Shown here piece after piece: positions 30,527-44,900 of a DNA stretch of 54,700 nt. Position numbers and translations under genes: made by a program. This DNA is from Pelomyxa schiedti (lineage: Eukaryota; Protista; Evosea): positions 1 through 54,700 of the forward strand of contig JAHLWZ010000177.1 in the NCBI GenBank assembly GCA_020536535.1, read 5' to 3'. Position 1 is the stretch's first letter. Each line of letters starts with the position of its first letter. The notes under the pieces are model-generated. The model worked only from the letters and a program-made list of their open reading frames with translations, did not search any database and was not told where the DNA came from.

Positions 30527-33500
30527 ATGACGAGCCACGACACCGGATCTGCGACAGCGGCCGCAACGACGGAGACAACGACGACGCAAGGCGACGCTAA
30601 ACCAACGCCTGCTGCTGATGCGTCTCTGCCTACCACCGACCCTACAAGTGCTTTTTCGCTCTTGTTTTGTATTTTTTTTTTGTTTTTCCCCTTTAGTTGT
30701 TTTTGGGCGTTTTGTGGTTGGGGTAGATTGGTGGGTGTTATGGTTCCAACCTCGGTTGTTAGCAAAACGAGATCTTTCCGAGGCGGACAAGGCCGAAAAG
30801 AAAAAGCGTAGGGAGGAATTGCAGGCCAATGCAAAAAAGGCAAAGAATGACAAGTACCTGAAAAAGAAAGCCGCTCAACTAGCTGCAGCCTCTGGCTCAA
30901 TTACACCTCCAACAACCGATGATACAACCACGCAATCCGGTGTGACTACCAAGACTACCAAGCCCACTAAGACCCCCAAGCCCCCCAAACCTGGCAAGAT
31001 TGTCACCCCAATAAAGGTAAGCGAAAACTGTGAGCGTTTTGCTTTTCTTTTCCCTTACCACCACCCCAAAGACTGCTTCCGCAACTCCTCCCGGGCAGAA
31101 AAAAGGCATGTGAATTTCCTTCCCTCCAATATATTTTTACAAAGTGAGCAGACTTGAGTGGGGATATGGCACCTGCCTACAACCCAATTCCTGTGGAATC
31201 TGCCTGGTACCAGTGGTGGGAAGAACAGGGATTCTTCAAGCCTGAGTACATCATGAACAGTGGCGAATCGGCTCAGCCAAAAGAGAAGGTTGCTTTGTCA
31301 GTTCAAACTCCATCTTGCCAACACTTGGCCCGTAGTTCATTGTGGTCATTCCACCACCCAACGTGACAGGATCTCTCCACTTGGGTCATGCTCTCACCAA
31401 CTCTATACAGGATACTCTCATACGATGGTTGTCTGTATGTTTCATTTCCTAAATGCTTAGAGTTTTTTCAGGCACAGAATGTGTGGTCATATTGCCCTAT
31501 GGGTCCCTGGTACCGATCATGCTGGAATTGCCACACAAGTTGTCGTTGAAAAAAAAATTGCCCGAGAAAGAAGGCAGACAAGACATGACCTTGGCCGGGA
31601 AGTGTTTGTCAATGAGGTGTGGAAGTGGAAGGAACAGTATGGCAATAATATCAAGAACCAACTTCGGAGGATAGGATCGTCTCTGGACTGGTCCCGAGAA
31701 GTTTTCACAATGGACCCTGTACTTTTCCCAGAAAGCACTGCAATGAATCTAATCAATCCACTACCTGCACAGAAATTATCCCGTGCAGTCACTGAAGCAT
31801 TCGTGCGCCTTTATGATGAAGGTTTAATTTACAGAGAAAACAAGCTCGTCAACTGGTGCTGCACACTTAAAACTGCAGTGTCCGACATTGAGGTTTCTTA
31901 TCCACTTCCTCGTTTTGGGCAACTAACGGTTCTCTGAACAGGTCGATGTCAAAGAATTAGACGGTCCAACACCGTTTAGGGTTCCAGGCCACCCCAACAA
32001 CAAGACTTACATATTTGGAGAACTAACTTTATTTGCTTATAAAGTGGTGGACTCTGGTGAAGTTTCTGCTCGCCTTTGTTTCTTGTTAAACATCCACAGA
32101 GGAGGAAGTTGTTGTCGCCACAACTCGTATTGAAACTATGTTAGGAGATACGGCTGTGGCCATTCATCCTGATGATCCCCGCCACAAAGTATGGAGCTCG
32201 TACCCACTAGTTGTGTCTTAACCCAAATAGCACCTCCACGGTAAATTCCTTGTGCACCCGTTCTTTGCAACCCGAAAATTGCCAATCATTTGTGACTCCA
32301 AGCTGGTTGATATGGCCTTTGGAACTGGTTTTTGCCCTGCCCTAATTTCGACCATCTCTAAAATGCGAAAGGTGCTGTGAAGGTTACTCCAGCACACGAT
32401 GCCAATGATTACGAATGTGGTCTCCGCCACAACCTTGAGATTATTAACATCTTCACTGATGGTGGAGCCTGCAATGACTGTTGTGGTAAGTTTGCTGGGT
32501 TGATGCGTTTTGAGGCTAGAAATGCTGTGCTTGAGGACCTTAAAAAGCTGGTACCTTTAAGTTAAAGTCTCTACTCAATTCATATTTTTCAAGGGTTTAT
32601 TTAGAGGAACACAGCCCAATAAAATGAGATTAGGGATATGCTCGCGCTCTGGTGATATCATTGAACCAAAGGTAAAACTGTATTTTCCTATTTACTTTAA
32701 CGCGTATGTAAGCTTATGCCGCAATGGTGGATGAACTGTCATGACATGGCCAATGAATCCATTAACGCTGTGAAAACAGGTACTATGAACAGTGTATGGT
32801 GGCAACTTATTTTTTTCGTTAGGTGCTCTCCAAATGTTTCCGGCTCAAGCCAAGGAAACCTGGTTCAGGTGGTTGGAGAACATACGAGACTGGTGCATCT
32901 CCCGTCAGGTATGGAAATGTTTGAAATGTGTACCGATTAACCTCTGAAGTTGTGGTGGGGACACCGAATTCCAGCCTATCTAGTCTCTATTAAAGGACAG
33001 CCTGCTCCAGATGTATCAACTTTCCCTCCTTCTATTTCTTTTTTAAAAAACCGCAAGCCGACGAAGAATACCGCTTGGGTGGTAGCAAGATCATCGCAGG
33101 AGGCACTCGAGAAAGCAGCAAAGAAGTTTTCCACAGATCCAGCCAACATCACCCTTGCACAAGATCCAGATGTTCTTGACACGTGGTTCTCTTCTGGTAC
33201 CGTTCTCAGGTTTTGTTTTTTTTTTTGCTTATTGAGTCCTAGGCTTGTTCCCCTTCAGTGTGTTTGGATGGCCTGATAACACTCCCGACTTACAGAACTT
33301 CTACCCTACCACACTCCTGGAGACTGGGCACGACATTTTGTTTTTCTGGGTTGCACGTATGGTCATGCTAGGTCTTAAACTTACAGGGCAGCTGCCTTTC
33401 TCCCAGGTTCTTATCTCATGTTTACTTGGCAATGGAGTGAAAACCATTCCAAAAGGTTCTTCTGCATGCAATGGTTCGTGATGCGCAAGGCCGCAAAATG

Positions 33501-35247
33501 AGTAAGAGTTTGGGCAACGTCGTTGATCCAATTGATGTGATACATGGAATTACCCTACCGGTAAGTCCTTTGATCTTTGTACCAAAAAGAATTTACATGT
33601 AGTAGGAGCTTCACAAAAAGCTCCAAGAGGGAAATCTGAACCCGGATGAAATTGCCTTAGCCACTGCTGGGCAGGTTAGTTGTTTTTTCCCGGTAACTCG
33701 CACTCACTGGCAACCAGAAAAAGAATTTCCCTAAGGGCATAGAAGAATGTGGAACTGACGCTATGCGTTTCGCATTTTGTGCCTACACTTCGCAAGGTTT
33801 CTTGCAAGAAATCAAAAAAATCTGGGATGGGGCTTTGCCATTCACCATGCTCCTCTAGGGCGTGATATCAATCTTGACATAAACCGCGTGGTTGGCTATC
33901 GGAAGTTCTGCAACAAATTGTGGAATGCTACACGTTTCGCCCTGATGAATATGGGCCCCACATTTGTGCCACATCCTGTTCAAATGGTCTGTAAGCCGGT
34001 CAATGCATCAATCTAATTCTATCAGCTCCCAGTTGGCGGTTCTGGCATGGATCAATGGATTCTCAGTCGCCTTGCCTCCACCGTCAATGAAGTGGCAGCC
34101 GGGATGCGCGCTTACGAATTTAGTACTGTCACAACGGCGTTGTATTCCTTCTGGTTGTATGACTTGTGTGATGTGTATTTGGAGGCAACCAAACCCATTT
34201 TTGCTGCTGGGGGTGCACCTGCTGAATTGGCCAAGGAAACACTGTACACTCCGCTCTCTGAATCCTACATCTCTAACTTCTTCAAGGTATATCTGTTTTG
34301 ACAACGGTTTAAAGATGCTGCACCCATTCATGCCCTATGTGACAGAAGAATTATGGCAGAGGCTCCCCCGTAGGGCTTCAGTGTCATCACCATCCATTAT
34401 GGTTTCCAGTTACCCAGTCCCCTCAAATTTCACTGTGAGTACATGATTTTAAATATCTTCTGAGAGATAACTGGCGTAGGGAGAATGGATCAACAAGAAA
34501 CTTGAAGGTGATGTCCGCTCTGTCATGGAGATAGTGGAAAGCATTCGAACACTGAATTCCCCTTACAGCCATCAAATTCACGAAACCCACAAATCGCCAG
34601 CAGTTACCGTGGTGTGCGCGGAGGAACAAGCTTGTTCAATTTATCAAGCATACCAGGGAATTATATCGGTATTTCTAAACAATTCCAACTGGGAACTACT
34701 AACCTTCATAAACAGTTGCTAAGCTTCAGTCCAAACTTAACAATTGTTTCTACAGCGCAAAACATGCTTGGCTGTGCTGTTAATATTTTAAATCGCAACT
34801 GCACAGTGTACAGTGATCTCAAGGTACATTCAACATTTATTTCATTCCACACTAACCGGATACCAAAAGGGTATTTTGGATCCTCAAGCGGAAATACTCA
34901 AATTAGAGAAAATCGTGACTGAAACCAACACCGAACTTACGAAGTTGAGACTGAAAATTAGTGACCCGCTATTTGAACAAAGAACACCCGCCAACGTCAG
35001 GGAAACCATGAAATCCCGTGTATGTAACCTTCACACGTAACCATTCGACTCCTAACACCCACCATCAATTCAGGTTGTGGACAAAGAGAAGGAGCTCGCG
35101 GAATCTCTGAGTGCTATCACTATGTTCAAGGAGATGAAGGCCAAAATAACAGCCACAACAACACCAACACCAACACCACAACCACAACCGGAAACGGTCG
35201 CACCACCAACTCAAACACCATCAGACACAACAACCAACCACTCTTAA
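30527..35247 (+). CDS. VARS: Valyl-tRNA synthetase (cytosolic type), more than 20 introns
   Basis: [54 protein letters not shown]|[34 protein letters not shown]. Confidence 0.97.
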
Positions 35248-35540
35248 GGTTTAAGACCTCCCGCAATAATTTCAAACGTTGCCCTTCGCTTTTGATTCTT
35301 TGTTTAAAAGCTACCTACCNNNNNNNNNNNNNNNNNNNNNNNNNNNNNNNNNNNNNNNNNNNNNNNNNNNNNNNNNNNNNNNNNNNNNNNNNNNNNNNNN
35401 NNNNNNNNNNNNNNNNNNNCGCACCACCAACTCAAACACCATCAGACACAACAACCAACCACTCTTAAGGTTTAAGACCTCCCGCAATAATTTCAAACGT
35501 TGCCCTTCGCTTTTGATTCTTTGTTTAAAAGCTACCTACC
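35199..35540. repeat. 121-bp duplication across a 100-N gap (assembly overlap)
   Basis: 35199-35319 = 35420-35540. Confidence 0.85.
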
Positions 35541-36002
35541 CGAATCCTTGTTGAGTGGTAGGTTCTTTTTTGACACTAAAGGCGTCCTTCGTGCTTCAGA
35601 AGTCATTCTAAATGGGAGGAACAAATCGTTTTTATTGTACTAGGAAGAAGAAATGAGCTACCCAAACACCTTCTTTTTTATTTTCCATACGTTCATTCAT
35701 CAGTGCGGTTTGTGTAGTGAGGGTATATTTGCAGTATAAGTTGAGTTGGTGAAGCGGTGAGGCGGCAAATGGGGTTTGCGGAGGTGGCATAAGTTACGGC
35801 AGGTGACAAAGTAGATTAATGGTGTGTTCCTTCCTCGTCCAACAGAATCACGTCGCTACTTTTCATCCCACCCAACATCCAAAAACAATACAACACACCA
35901 AACACTGACCGGCAGAGTCAGAGTTTCTCTATCGTCACTTGCTTTCCTTACCTTCCTCCTCCCTCACCCCCTTTTTTGCTCCACCTCACCATTCCCCCGC
36001 CT

Positions 36003-36515
36003 CTATGGATTTTGTTGAGGTTGAGCGTTGCAGTCCTTGGACATATGCCCGGGCTGGTTGCACCTGAAGCATAGGCCAGAATTCTTCCTCGGCTCTCTGC
36101 AATCACGCGAGAAGTGGCCCGGCTGACCGCAGTTATAGCACAGACCGCCACCTCCGCCGCCAGAGCTTCCTCCATATCCTCCTCCGTACGAGCCGCCGTA
36201 GCCAGAGCTAAAGCCGCCGCCAAATCCTTGGCTTCTCATGGGGCAATCCCTCTGCATGTGGCCGGGTTGGTTGCAGCTGAAGCAAACGGCTGTGCCCATC
36301 CCGCCTCCCATTCCTCCATCTCGCTTGGGCTCCCTGCAGTCGCGCGACATGTGGCCGGGCTGGTTGCAGTTGTAGCAGAGTCTCGGAGCGCCGTAGCCAG
36401 ATTCACCACCTCCCATACTTCCTCCCATACCTCCAACGGGGGCTGCCATTCGCGACGGACACTCGCGCGAGAAGTGCCCTTGTTGTCCACATGTAAAACA
36501 CCCTCCTCCAGACAT
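36003..36515 (-). CDS. CNBP/Gis2-like protein with five CCHC zinc knuckles and G-rich linkers, intronless
   Basis: Five CxxCxxxGHxxxxC repeats; likely start MSGGGCFTC. Confidence 0.9.
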   Translation of the reverse strand: MSGGGCFTCGQQGHFSRECPSRMAAPVGGMGGSMGGGESGYGAPRLCYNCNQPGHMSRDCREPKRDGGMGGGMGTAVCFSCNQPGHMQRDCPMRSQGFGGGFSSGYGGSYGGGYGGSSGGGGGGLCYNCGQPGHFSRDCREPRKNSGLCFRCNQPGHMSKDCNAQPQQNP

Positions 36516-36861
36516 CTTCGCGTTGTTGCTGTTGTTTCCTAGTGTGAGATCTCCGGTGTCGCTTTTCCGCACGCCCGCGTGTTGTTGCGCAAGATTTGAT
36601 TTAGTGAATGTTATGTCAAAAAAATTCTTTTCTTTCCCTGAACGCAATTGCAGGGATTTGAGTCATTTTCCTCAATTGCTGAGACAGATTGACACCTTGA
36701 TCCTAGTTCCCTGCTCGTTCCCTCGTGTTGTGTTGCCTGAATGGTAATCATTCTGTTGAATGAAAATGCTGGATCCCGACCAGGAACTCCAGATCTGTCA
36801 CTTATAGTTTTGGAAAGTACGAACCGCTACTTCATTTAATTACGGTTCTCCGTTGTACGTA

Positions 36862-38591
36862 ATGTCGTCTGTTCCTCCGGGTTATTTATCGCTTTGGGTG
36901 TCTTCAGATGAAGACCGGTACGTGTTGTTGTACTTTGTTGTTATCTCCCCACTTGACTCTTCGTTTATTTATAAATCCCTCACAGTAGAGAGATCTCTCC
37001 GCCCCCACGTAGCTGCCTGTCATTCGCTAAGTCACCTCCAATACTTCGCGCACCTCCGCCCACACCCTCGGCCACCCCGGTGCCGCAATCGGGGGCTACA
37101 ACAATCGTGTGTGACAAGTGCAACGGTGCGGGCACACTCCCATCGCCTACGCCGACGCCGCTGCTGATTCCTCAGCAAGGAGTGACAACCCACTTTGAGC
37201 TGGAGGCTGATGACCGAACTGTTGGCGTGACTGGGGCGAGAGAGACTAGCCCTCCACCGCCTGTGGCGTCCGAGGGAGTGCATACTCCAGAAGACGACTG
37301 GAGAAGAAGAGCCCACGCCCACGTCCTGATTGGATTAGGCGTTACGTCAGCTCCAAACTCACCTGACTTGCTTCATGTAAGGGACCCCTCTTCGCCAAAC
37401 ATGGACGTTGCCATACCTCCCTCTGCGTCTGTGCAACCAATTTCACCTTCACTGTTACCTATGCACCCTGTCTCCCCCGCACACAGTTCCCAGGGACTTA
37501 TGCTGCCACACCACGTGTATGCCGATCGTGCATTTATCATTGGTGTTGCTGGAGGTACAGCATCTGGCAAAACTTCACTATGTGCTCAAATTCTGAAGTT
37601 GTCCTACAACTTCCCTTATCTATACATAACTTTCTATTAGATCCCTTGAAGTTTATCAAACCCGAGTGGCAATTGTCGCTCAGGATAGCTTTTACAAAAC
37701 TCTAACTGATGAAGAGCGGCGAAATGTTGCTGCTAAGAATTTTGACGAACCCGCTGCTTTCGACTGGGAACTTATGAAGTTTGGAGAGTTCTCCTCGTGT
37801 ACCTGTTCTAATAGCTTCTTTAGGGAAGTTCTTACAAAGTTGAGACATAAAAAGAAAACGGAGATTCCAATTTATGACTATTGTACTCATTCAAGAAGGA
37901 CTGATAAAACCGTTTCGCTATTCGCTCAGGACGTCATCTTATTTGAGGGTATAAACAGTCAATTTTTTAATTATTGCCTAACAGCCCCTTCTTAAGGTAT
38001 CTTAGCCTTCCACAATGAAGTGAGCCTCTTGCTTTTGGCGTTATTAACTCTTTTATCTAACAACTGAGTCAGGGGTCCGTTGACTTGCGGTCTTTGATGG
38101 ACCTCGCCATATTCGTGGAGACTGATAACGACACACGACTGGCGCGGCGTGTTGTTAGGGACATTCAGGAGAGAGGGAGGCAGCTGGACAACGTACTATA
38201 CCAATACGAGAAGTTTGTAAAACCTGGTGTTCTATCAACCAGCTTCCTTCCCAAAGTAACACTAACACATAAACAGCATTTGAAGAGTGGGTTGAACCGC
38301 AGAAACGAATGGCGGATGTAATCATCCCATGGGGCGAGTATAGCAAGAACAACATATGCGTAGACCTCTCCAAAGGGGAATGGCAAGCCCAGCACTACCC
38401 GGCCTTAGACATGATAGTCGGTATGTGTCTGCGGTTGTTCTGATTGCTTGTTATGATTAATAAGCCTACATACAACCTCTCACATCCTCACAGAACACAT
38501 AAGAACCAAGCTACCAAACATTCCCACAAGGGGAAAGAAGATGAACCGGTCCGGTACAAACATACCAACACAAGCTTCTGAAAAGGAATAA
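36862..38591 (+). CDS. UCK: Uridine/cytidine kinase with long Pro-rich N-terminal extension
   Basis: [44 protein letters not shown]|[31 protein letters not shown]. Confidence 0.93.
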
Positions 38592-38988
38592 GAACAACAA
38601 CGCTGGCAGAATCTTCCTTGGGCCGCACAAGTAAAGTGCCCAACCAACCATAACCATAATTGTGAAAAATTGGGGATTACCCAATGCCCCTTTTTCTATC
38701 CATCCTGTGCTTAATTAAGGATGAATAGTAAAAGGTCTGAGTCATTGATGAACGCCAAGTGGGTGTAAACTCGCTTGAGCACCTCAATGACACTGACTTC
38801 AGTAAAGTTTAACTGAACACAAATTTTTCTTTGCACACTCACCACAACCCCAAGTTGGGGATGAAACGCGAAATTAAACCGAATTTTTTTTTTGATCGTT
38901 GGTGGTGACAGCGGTTCCCTGCCCTTTTCTTGCTGGTGAAATTTCCTAGTATTTTCGTTTGGGCTTGTTGGTTAATGTAGTGATAGGG

Positions 38989-41900
38989 ATGTTTTCATCA
39001 CTAGCCAGTAACCTTATTCAAAAGTACATTGGCCACTATGTGAAAGCATTTTCATCAGATAACTTGAATGTGAAGCTTAAAGGTGTGTTTCAGGCACTAC
39101 TAGTTATTGATTGGTTTTGTTGGCAACATACTTTGACTTTTATTTATTTACGTTTCTGCTTGTATGTTTTGGTTTTTCCAGCTTGTTAACTGTGCTAATT
39201 TTTACTCAGGTGAGGCACAGGTAAGCAATTTAGAGCTCCGTGAAGATGCTCTATCCCACTTTTCGGACTTACCCATCATCGTCAAGAAAGGTTGACAATC
39301 TTTTATATTTTGTAGTTCCGGAGTTATCTTACATAACTGTTGTACGTCTTTTTCTTTTTAAAAAGGATATTTACGTTCGCTTCTCATGAAACTTCCTTGG
39401 CATAGTCTCGGATCAGATAGCACAGTTATAGACATTGAGGGAGTGTTTGTAGTTGCAGGCCCACGTGGTCGCGAGCTGCCTGATTTTGGCTCTGATCCTG
39501 CGAAACTGGAAGAAGCCCTGTGGAGAGAGAAATCTGAAAAGCTTGCTCTTCATGAGCTTATCACTTCTGGAAAGCGTGTGTAAATTCGTCCAAATGTCTT
39601 TTTGAAGATTAATGTACCCATAGCAACTGAAGACTCCAGTGATAATATGGCTCAAAAATTTCTTGGTAAAGCCCTCAATAATATTAAAGTGCGAGTTCGG
39701 AATGTACACATAAGGTACGGTACTTCAGTTTCATTTGGCTTCATCCATAACCTGGGTAATAAAGATATGAAGACATTACCAGCAAAGGTGAACCCTTTGC
39801 TTTTGGTGTCACTTTAAACAACTTATCTCTTGGTATATCTTCTCTCAAAGAGCCAAGACGAATAACTTTCAATGCAGATTCAACTGACACAAACTGGCGG
39901 CCCACTTTTATTTCCAGTGATTCCGCGCCAGATTTACTTTATAAAGTTTCGACGCATTTACCTCTTGAATTTCTCAAAATGTATTCAGCTTGCAAGGGTG
40001 GAGGCTTTATCTGCATACTGGGACCATAACTGCCCTCATGTCCCGACAAACGACTTCATTCCTACGATGGAGAGAATGGTTTTATCAATAAAGTCGATAC
40101 CAAAACCTTTGACGCATTTTAGATATCAGCAACAAATCACAACTATATTGTTCCTCCTCTCAGTTTTGAATCTAAGGTTTCCATTGTACATCTAATTCGA
40201 ATCGCAAATCTTTATGCAGATAGTTGTGAACCAAAACGGTGCCACAACGGTACCCCGAATTGCAATGAATATTTGTGTCTCCAATATCTGCTTGGAGCTC
40301 AATCGGCAACAATACACAGATCTAATAGAACTCGCTGTTGCAATGCACTCATACCATACAAATATTTCAATGGTACAATTGTCTTAGGGAGTCCTACTTA
40401 CCTTACCTTACCTTACGTTCTAGAATATGCTCCTTCGTCCAAGTATTCCGCCCCGTGGCCGTGAGGGAGCTAGAAAATGGTTCAAATATGCTATACTGCG
40501 AGTACTAGCAGAGGTGCGTGAAAAGAAATACCGCCGATCATGGGATTACATAGCACTGAGAAGGGAACACAGGATAGAATACATAGCCTGCTGGCAGAGG
40601 AAACTCACTAAACATGTTTGCATCACTACAACGATGGCCTTCATATTCTCACTACGCTAGGAAAATAAAGTTGACAAAGAAGCTCTTACACGTCTGGAAA
40701 AGGTGCTGTCATTTGAAGATATCATTTTCTTTCGATCTTTAGCATCAATGCAACTCAAGCAACAGCAATACCAGAAAGCAGCAAAGCGAAAATCTGCTGC
40801 ACCTGCAGCTTCTTCTGTGGCCCCTCCCGTCACACCTACCCCAGCCCCAGTCCTTGTAACACCACCTCCCGCGACTTCCACAGCTCCATCAGGGCCAACT
40901 GCCGCTTCCATACCACAACCATCACAGCAATGGCAACAAGAAACTAACAAAAAGTTGAACGACGCCAGAGATCAAGTGAAAAAAGGTGCCACAAGTATTT
41001 TCCAGAAATTTAAAGAAGCTACCTCAAACACCAAACCAAAACCACCGGCACCTACGAAACATCCTGAACCAGCTGCTGCACCTCCTCCCCTAGTCTCTGT
41101 TCCAACCCCCTCAAGAACAGTCACACCTGTCGGAATACCCACACCAACGAAACCATCTTCACCCACACCCACACATAATATTTTGGAACTTCCAACTCCT
41201 CCAACTCCACCTCAATCTGCTTTACCAGCAACATCCCCCCATCCACCGCCTCCAGTTCAATCAATTGTCACACCACCGAAATCTGCTGCAGTTACAGGGC
41301 CCGAACTAGCCCCAGAACTTCGCCAAGAGTTATCTACAATGCTCAAGTACGACTCCACATCTACCCACGGCTCTTCAGAGAGTTCTCTGAGCATGCGGAT
41401 AGATGTTATCCTTATAAAGGGAGATGTGAGTATATCAGACATTAGCATGCGCAAACTTGCCACAGCAATCATAACTGGGGTGGGAGTTTCTGTTGTTGTG
41501 CAAAATGGTAAATGGACAGTCGGTGCTCAAATGCAAGACTTCATCATCGACGATCCTCGTGCACCACTAACTAATACAAGATGGAACTTACTATTCCCGC
41601 ATATTCTCAGCTTCAATCCGCCTGCACCAATTCAATCCACTTCCACTGCCGCCGCCGCCGCGCCTCCTCCAATTCCACCTGTTTTCTCATTCAACATTGC
41701 GAAGCAACCATCTCCTTCAACAAATACACAAGGCCCAGCAATCACTCCTGATTACAAAATCCAGGCCAAACTTCGGGGCTCAGAGATTATCATCCAGAAG
41801 GAATTTATTCTTTCTCAGATACAATTTTTCAGCATCCCTCCATCACTTCAAACCCATATCCAACATCTGACTAACGATGTTGGGAGATGGGTTCGGGCAG

Positions 41901-44900
41901 TGACAGAAGCTGAATTGCAAATGGCTATAGAAAAGCGGCAAGCACTGGATATAGGAGTGGAGTTCGTAGCTCCAAAAGTTATTATTCCCGTCGCTAGAAG
42001 GTCCGAACCAGATGATGTAAACACACCCTTTTTAATACTCGACTTCGGACTTTTCCATGCCAAGGTATCCCTTTTGTGTACTGTGAAATACTTTCTTATT
42101 CATATTTTCAGAGTCAGTTGCAGCCCCGTGACAACCTCTCGTCAACAGAAGCTTTAGAAAGTGCTGTATATGACGTGTACAAAATCAAGCTGACAAACAT
42201 GCTCGCTGCGGTAATATTGAACCCACAATCCAACTGGCGTTCGCTATTGACACGTGAGTCTCGCTCAGTTCCGCCGTTGCCAAATACTCTCCCCCCACCG
42301 TCATCTCTTCCGTCTGAATCGTCACCCCAAGTATCTGCCTGCGAGGACGATATTTTGCATCTTATTGACCCCCTTGATGTTCAACTGACTGTTCAACGCT
42401 CACTTGTTAGGGCAACTCCGCAGCTTCCTCAAATCAAATTGGATGCCAAAATTCCTCTCCTTAGTATACACATAAATAGCACTCAAGCTCTTACCTTGGC
42501 CAACGTTATTACATCAACGATGATCACTCCGGCGGAAATACAGCAGACCACAGGAGTTTATGAAATAGGTGATGCTAATGCGACTGAGGATACCTTTGAA
42601 GTAACTAGAACTGAACCCGAGGATAATAAACTTCTTGAAGTCAACGTTCTGGTGTGCAGGGCTACACTTCAACTATCAAAGCCTGCGGTTCAAGGCACTG
42701 GAGGGAAGGACATCGCTGTAGTAACAGCACTCTTGGAGAATGCTGATGTCAGCTACATAAAATACCCATATCGGCACAGTATTAAAGCTGTTTTGGAGAG
42801 CGCCCGTGCTCATGATCACTTTATACAATCTGCTGATCCAGCTTTAAAGCAGCTTCTCGTTGCTCTACCAACTGATGTTGGTCACACAAATTCTGGTGCT
42901 TTCGTTGGGTGCATTACAGCCAAAGTAGTTATTGAAGGGAGTGGTATAACCGTGGGCTGCTGGGCTGTGCCAATCTCTATCCGGCTCAATCTCCCAACAT
43001 TGCATGAAGTTCTACAAATAGCTGGCCTTATCGGCAACGACGGAAAGATTTCACTTGCAGCATTTTCCCCTCCTTCCTCACCATCCACTCCTCCTGCGGC
43101 ACCCTCCCAAACAATAATGCCGGGCCTTTCATTGACCTGTGTATTGCAGCAACTAAGTCTGCATGTGTCCAAAAACTCTCTTGCACATTCATTAGTTGAT
43201 GTGGGGCAGTGCACACTGAATATTGATGCAAAGCAACGTGGGTGTGTATGCATAGGCGGTGAAATGACTTCTATGGAGTTGCGTGACGAATCTGAAAAAG
43301 CGGGGCTCTACCCCCAGGCATTTGTATCTGAAAGGGGGGTCTTTTCCCTGAAAACTGAAAAGAGAGGGGCTGGATCTGGTGATTCTGAGTTGAGTCTCAT
43401 GATACAAGGAGTGCAATTTTGCTTTTTTGCTCCTTTCCTTCTTTCAATGGTGGACAATATCACGTTATTTGTATCTGGAGTTGTGCCTACTTCTCCAACA
43501 GAAACTGTGGAAACTACGAACACCGATGTGATGCCAAGTAACACTGAGAATAAACCACGTCTACACTTGAATATAAGCATACCAAATCCTATGCTTAAAC
43601 TTCCCCGCAGTTATTCCTCTCAAGATTTCTTGCTTGCGGACTTTGGAAATGTTCAGATCAACAACAGCTGGGAGACAGATCAAACAGGTTCCTGGGAAGT
43701 CACCAGCATTGTGCTTAAGGATGCCCGTGTCTGCATGTGCGGAGAGGAAATTGGTAATAATGTTTCTGGCCTTCTCAGAGTCTGCAAACCAATAGCTGAT
43801 GCTCTGCATCCCCTTCCGGAAGATAGACCTCTAACAGTTATAGCCGATTTGAGTGAAATGTCAGGAACCTTCAGGCAAACCCAGTTCAACTTTTTAATTG
43901 GCATGGGGTTCGAGAACTTTGATGCATACACACCCCAGACCAACATATACCAGATATCCCCACTTGTGAAGCCTGATCCGTGGGTGGCTATCAAAATATC
44001 AGTACCCAAGATGACAGCAACATTAGCTGGAGTATCTGTATCTGTACCTGGTCCCACAGGAATACAGACAGTTGGACCAACTATAGGAACTGGACTGGGA
44101 TTAGGTGTAAACATTGGAGTAACTTTGAAAGGCTATACTCGAACTGTGACGGCAACCGTTGACTCCCTGAGAGCTATTGATCAAATGCAACCGTACGGCG
44201 AATCTGTATCAAACCTGATATGGGAAGAGGAGACAGAAAATACACCCACGAGTGGGGAAAGTTCTAGAAACCACGTCATTGATTTCTACTATCACCAGCT
44301 GCGCAACTTGGACAAAACTCTTGCACATACAATTGACTTCACTTTGAAAAAGCCGCTACATGCGAACGCAAATCACTGCACAATACTAGCTCTCATTTCC
44401 TTCTTTAACCCTCTTCCAACAACATGGGGCGTGATACACCCTCCCACCAAAAAGATTATCCCAGATAAATTCAAGTTTGGGGCACGCATTGGCTCAAAAA
44501 GAGATTCTGGTGGTGTAAGGCTGTGGCTAAATAATGGGGGAACTCAATTTGCAGTTCTTGAACTTTGCGGCGTTACAGTGGAGGGTACACATGATGAAAG
44601 CACAAGAGCTACTTCCATGGTATCAGCCAAATGAATAAATACTTCCGCTTACTAATCAATGAAGCAAGGGCAACTTGAAACCCTGGCAATCAATTGCCTG
44701 TCTGAAGGAAGACCTGTTCCGGTGCTGTTTTTCCCGCCATCACAGACTGCTGTTACTTTCAACGTTAATCACACACCAAATGAGCACTTCCTTGGAGTTG
44801 ATGCCAATATCAGTAGCCTCAATCTACTGTACAATACCCCCTTTCTGCAGAACACTTTGGTGTACACTACCGAACTGAAGATCTTAGCATCCATTTTGGC

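Noticed and set aside
36003-36515. CCHC knuckles as a retroelement Gag
   Set aside because: Five knuckles with G-rich linkers and no capsid, protease or RT fit cellular CNBP/Gis2
38741-38791. SECIS element
   Set aside because: Spacing between ATGA, AA and GA does not fit the SECIS core, and no in-frame TGA was found in the upstream kinase
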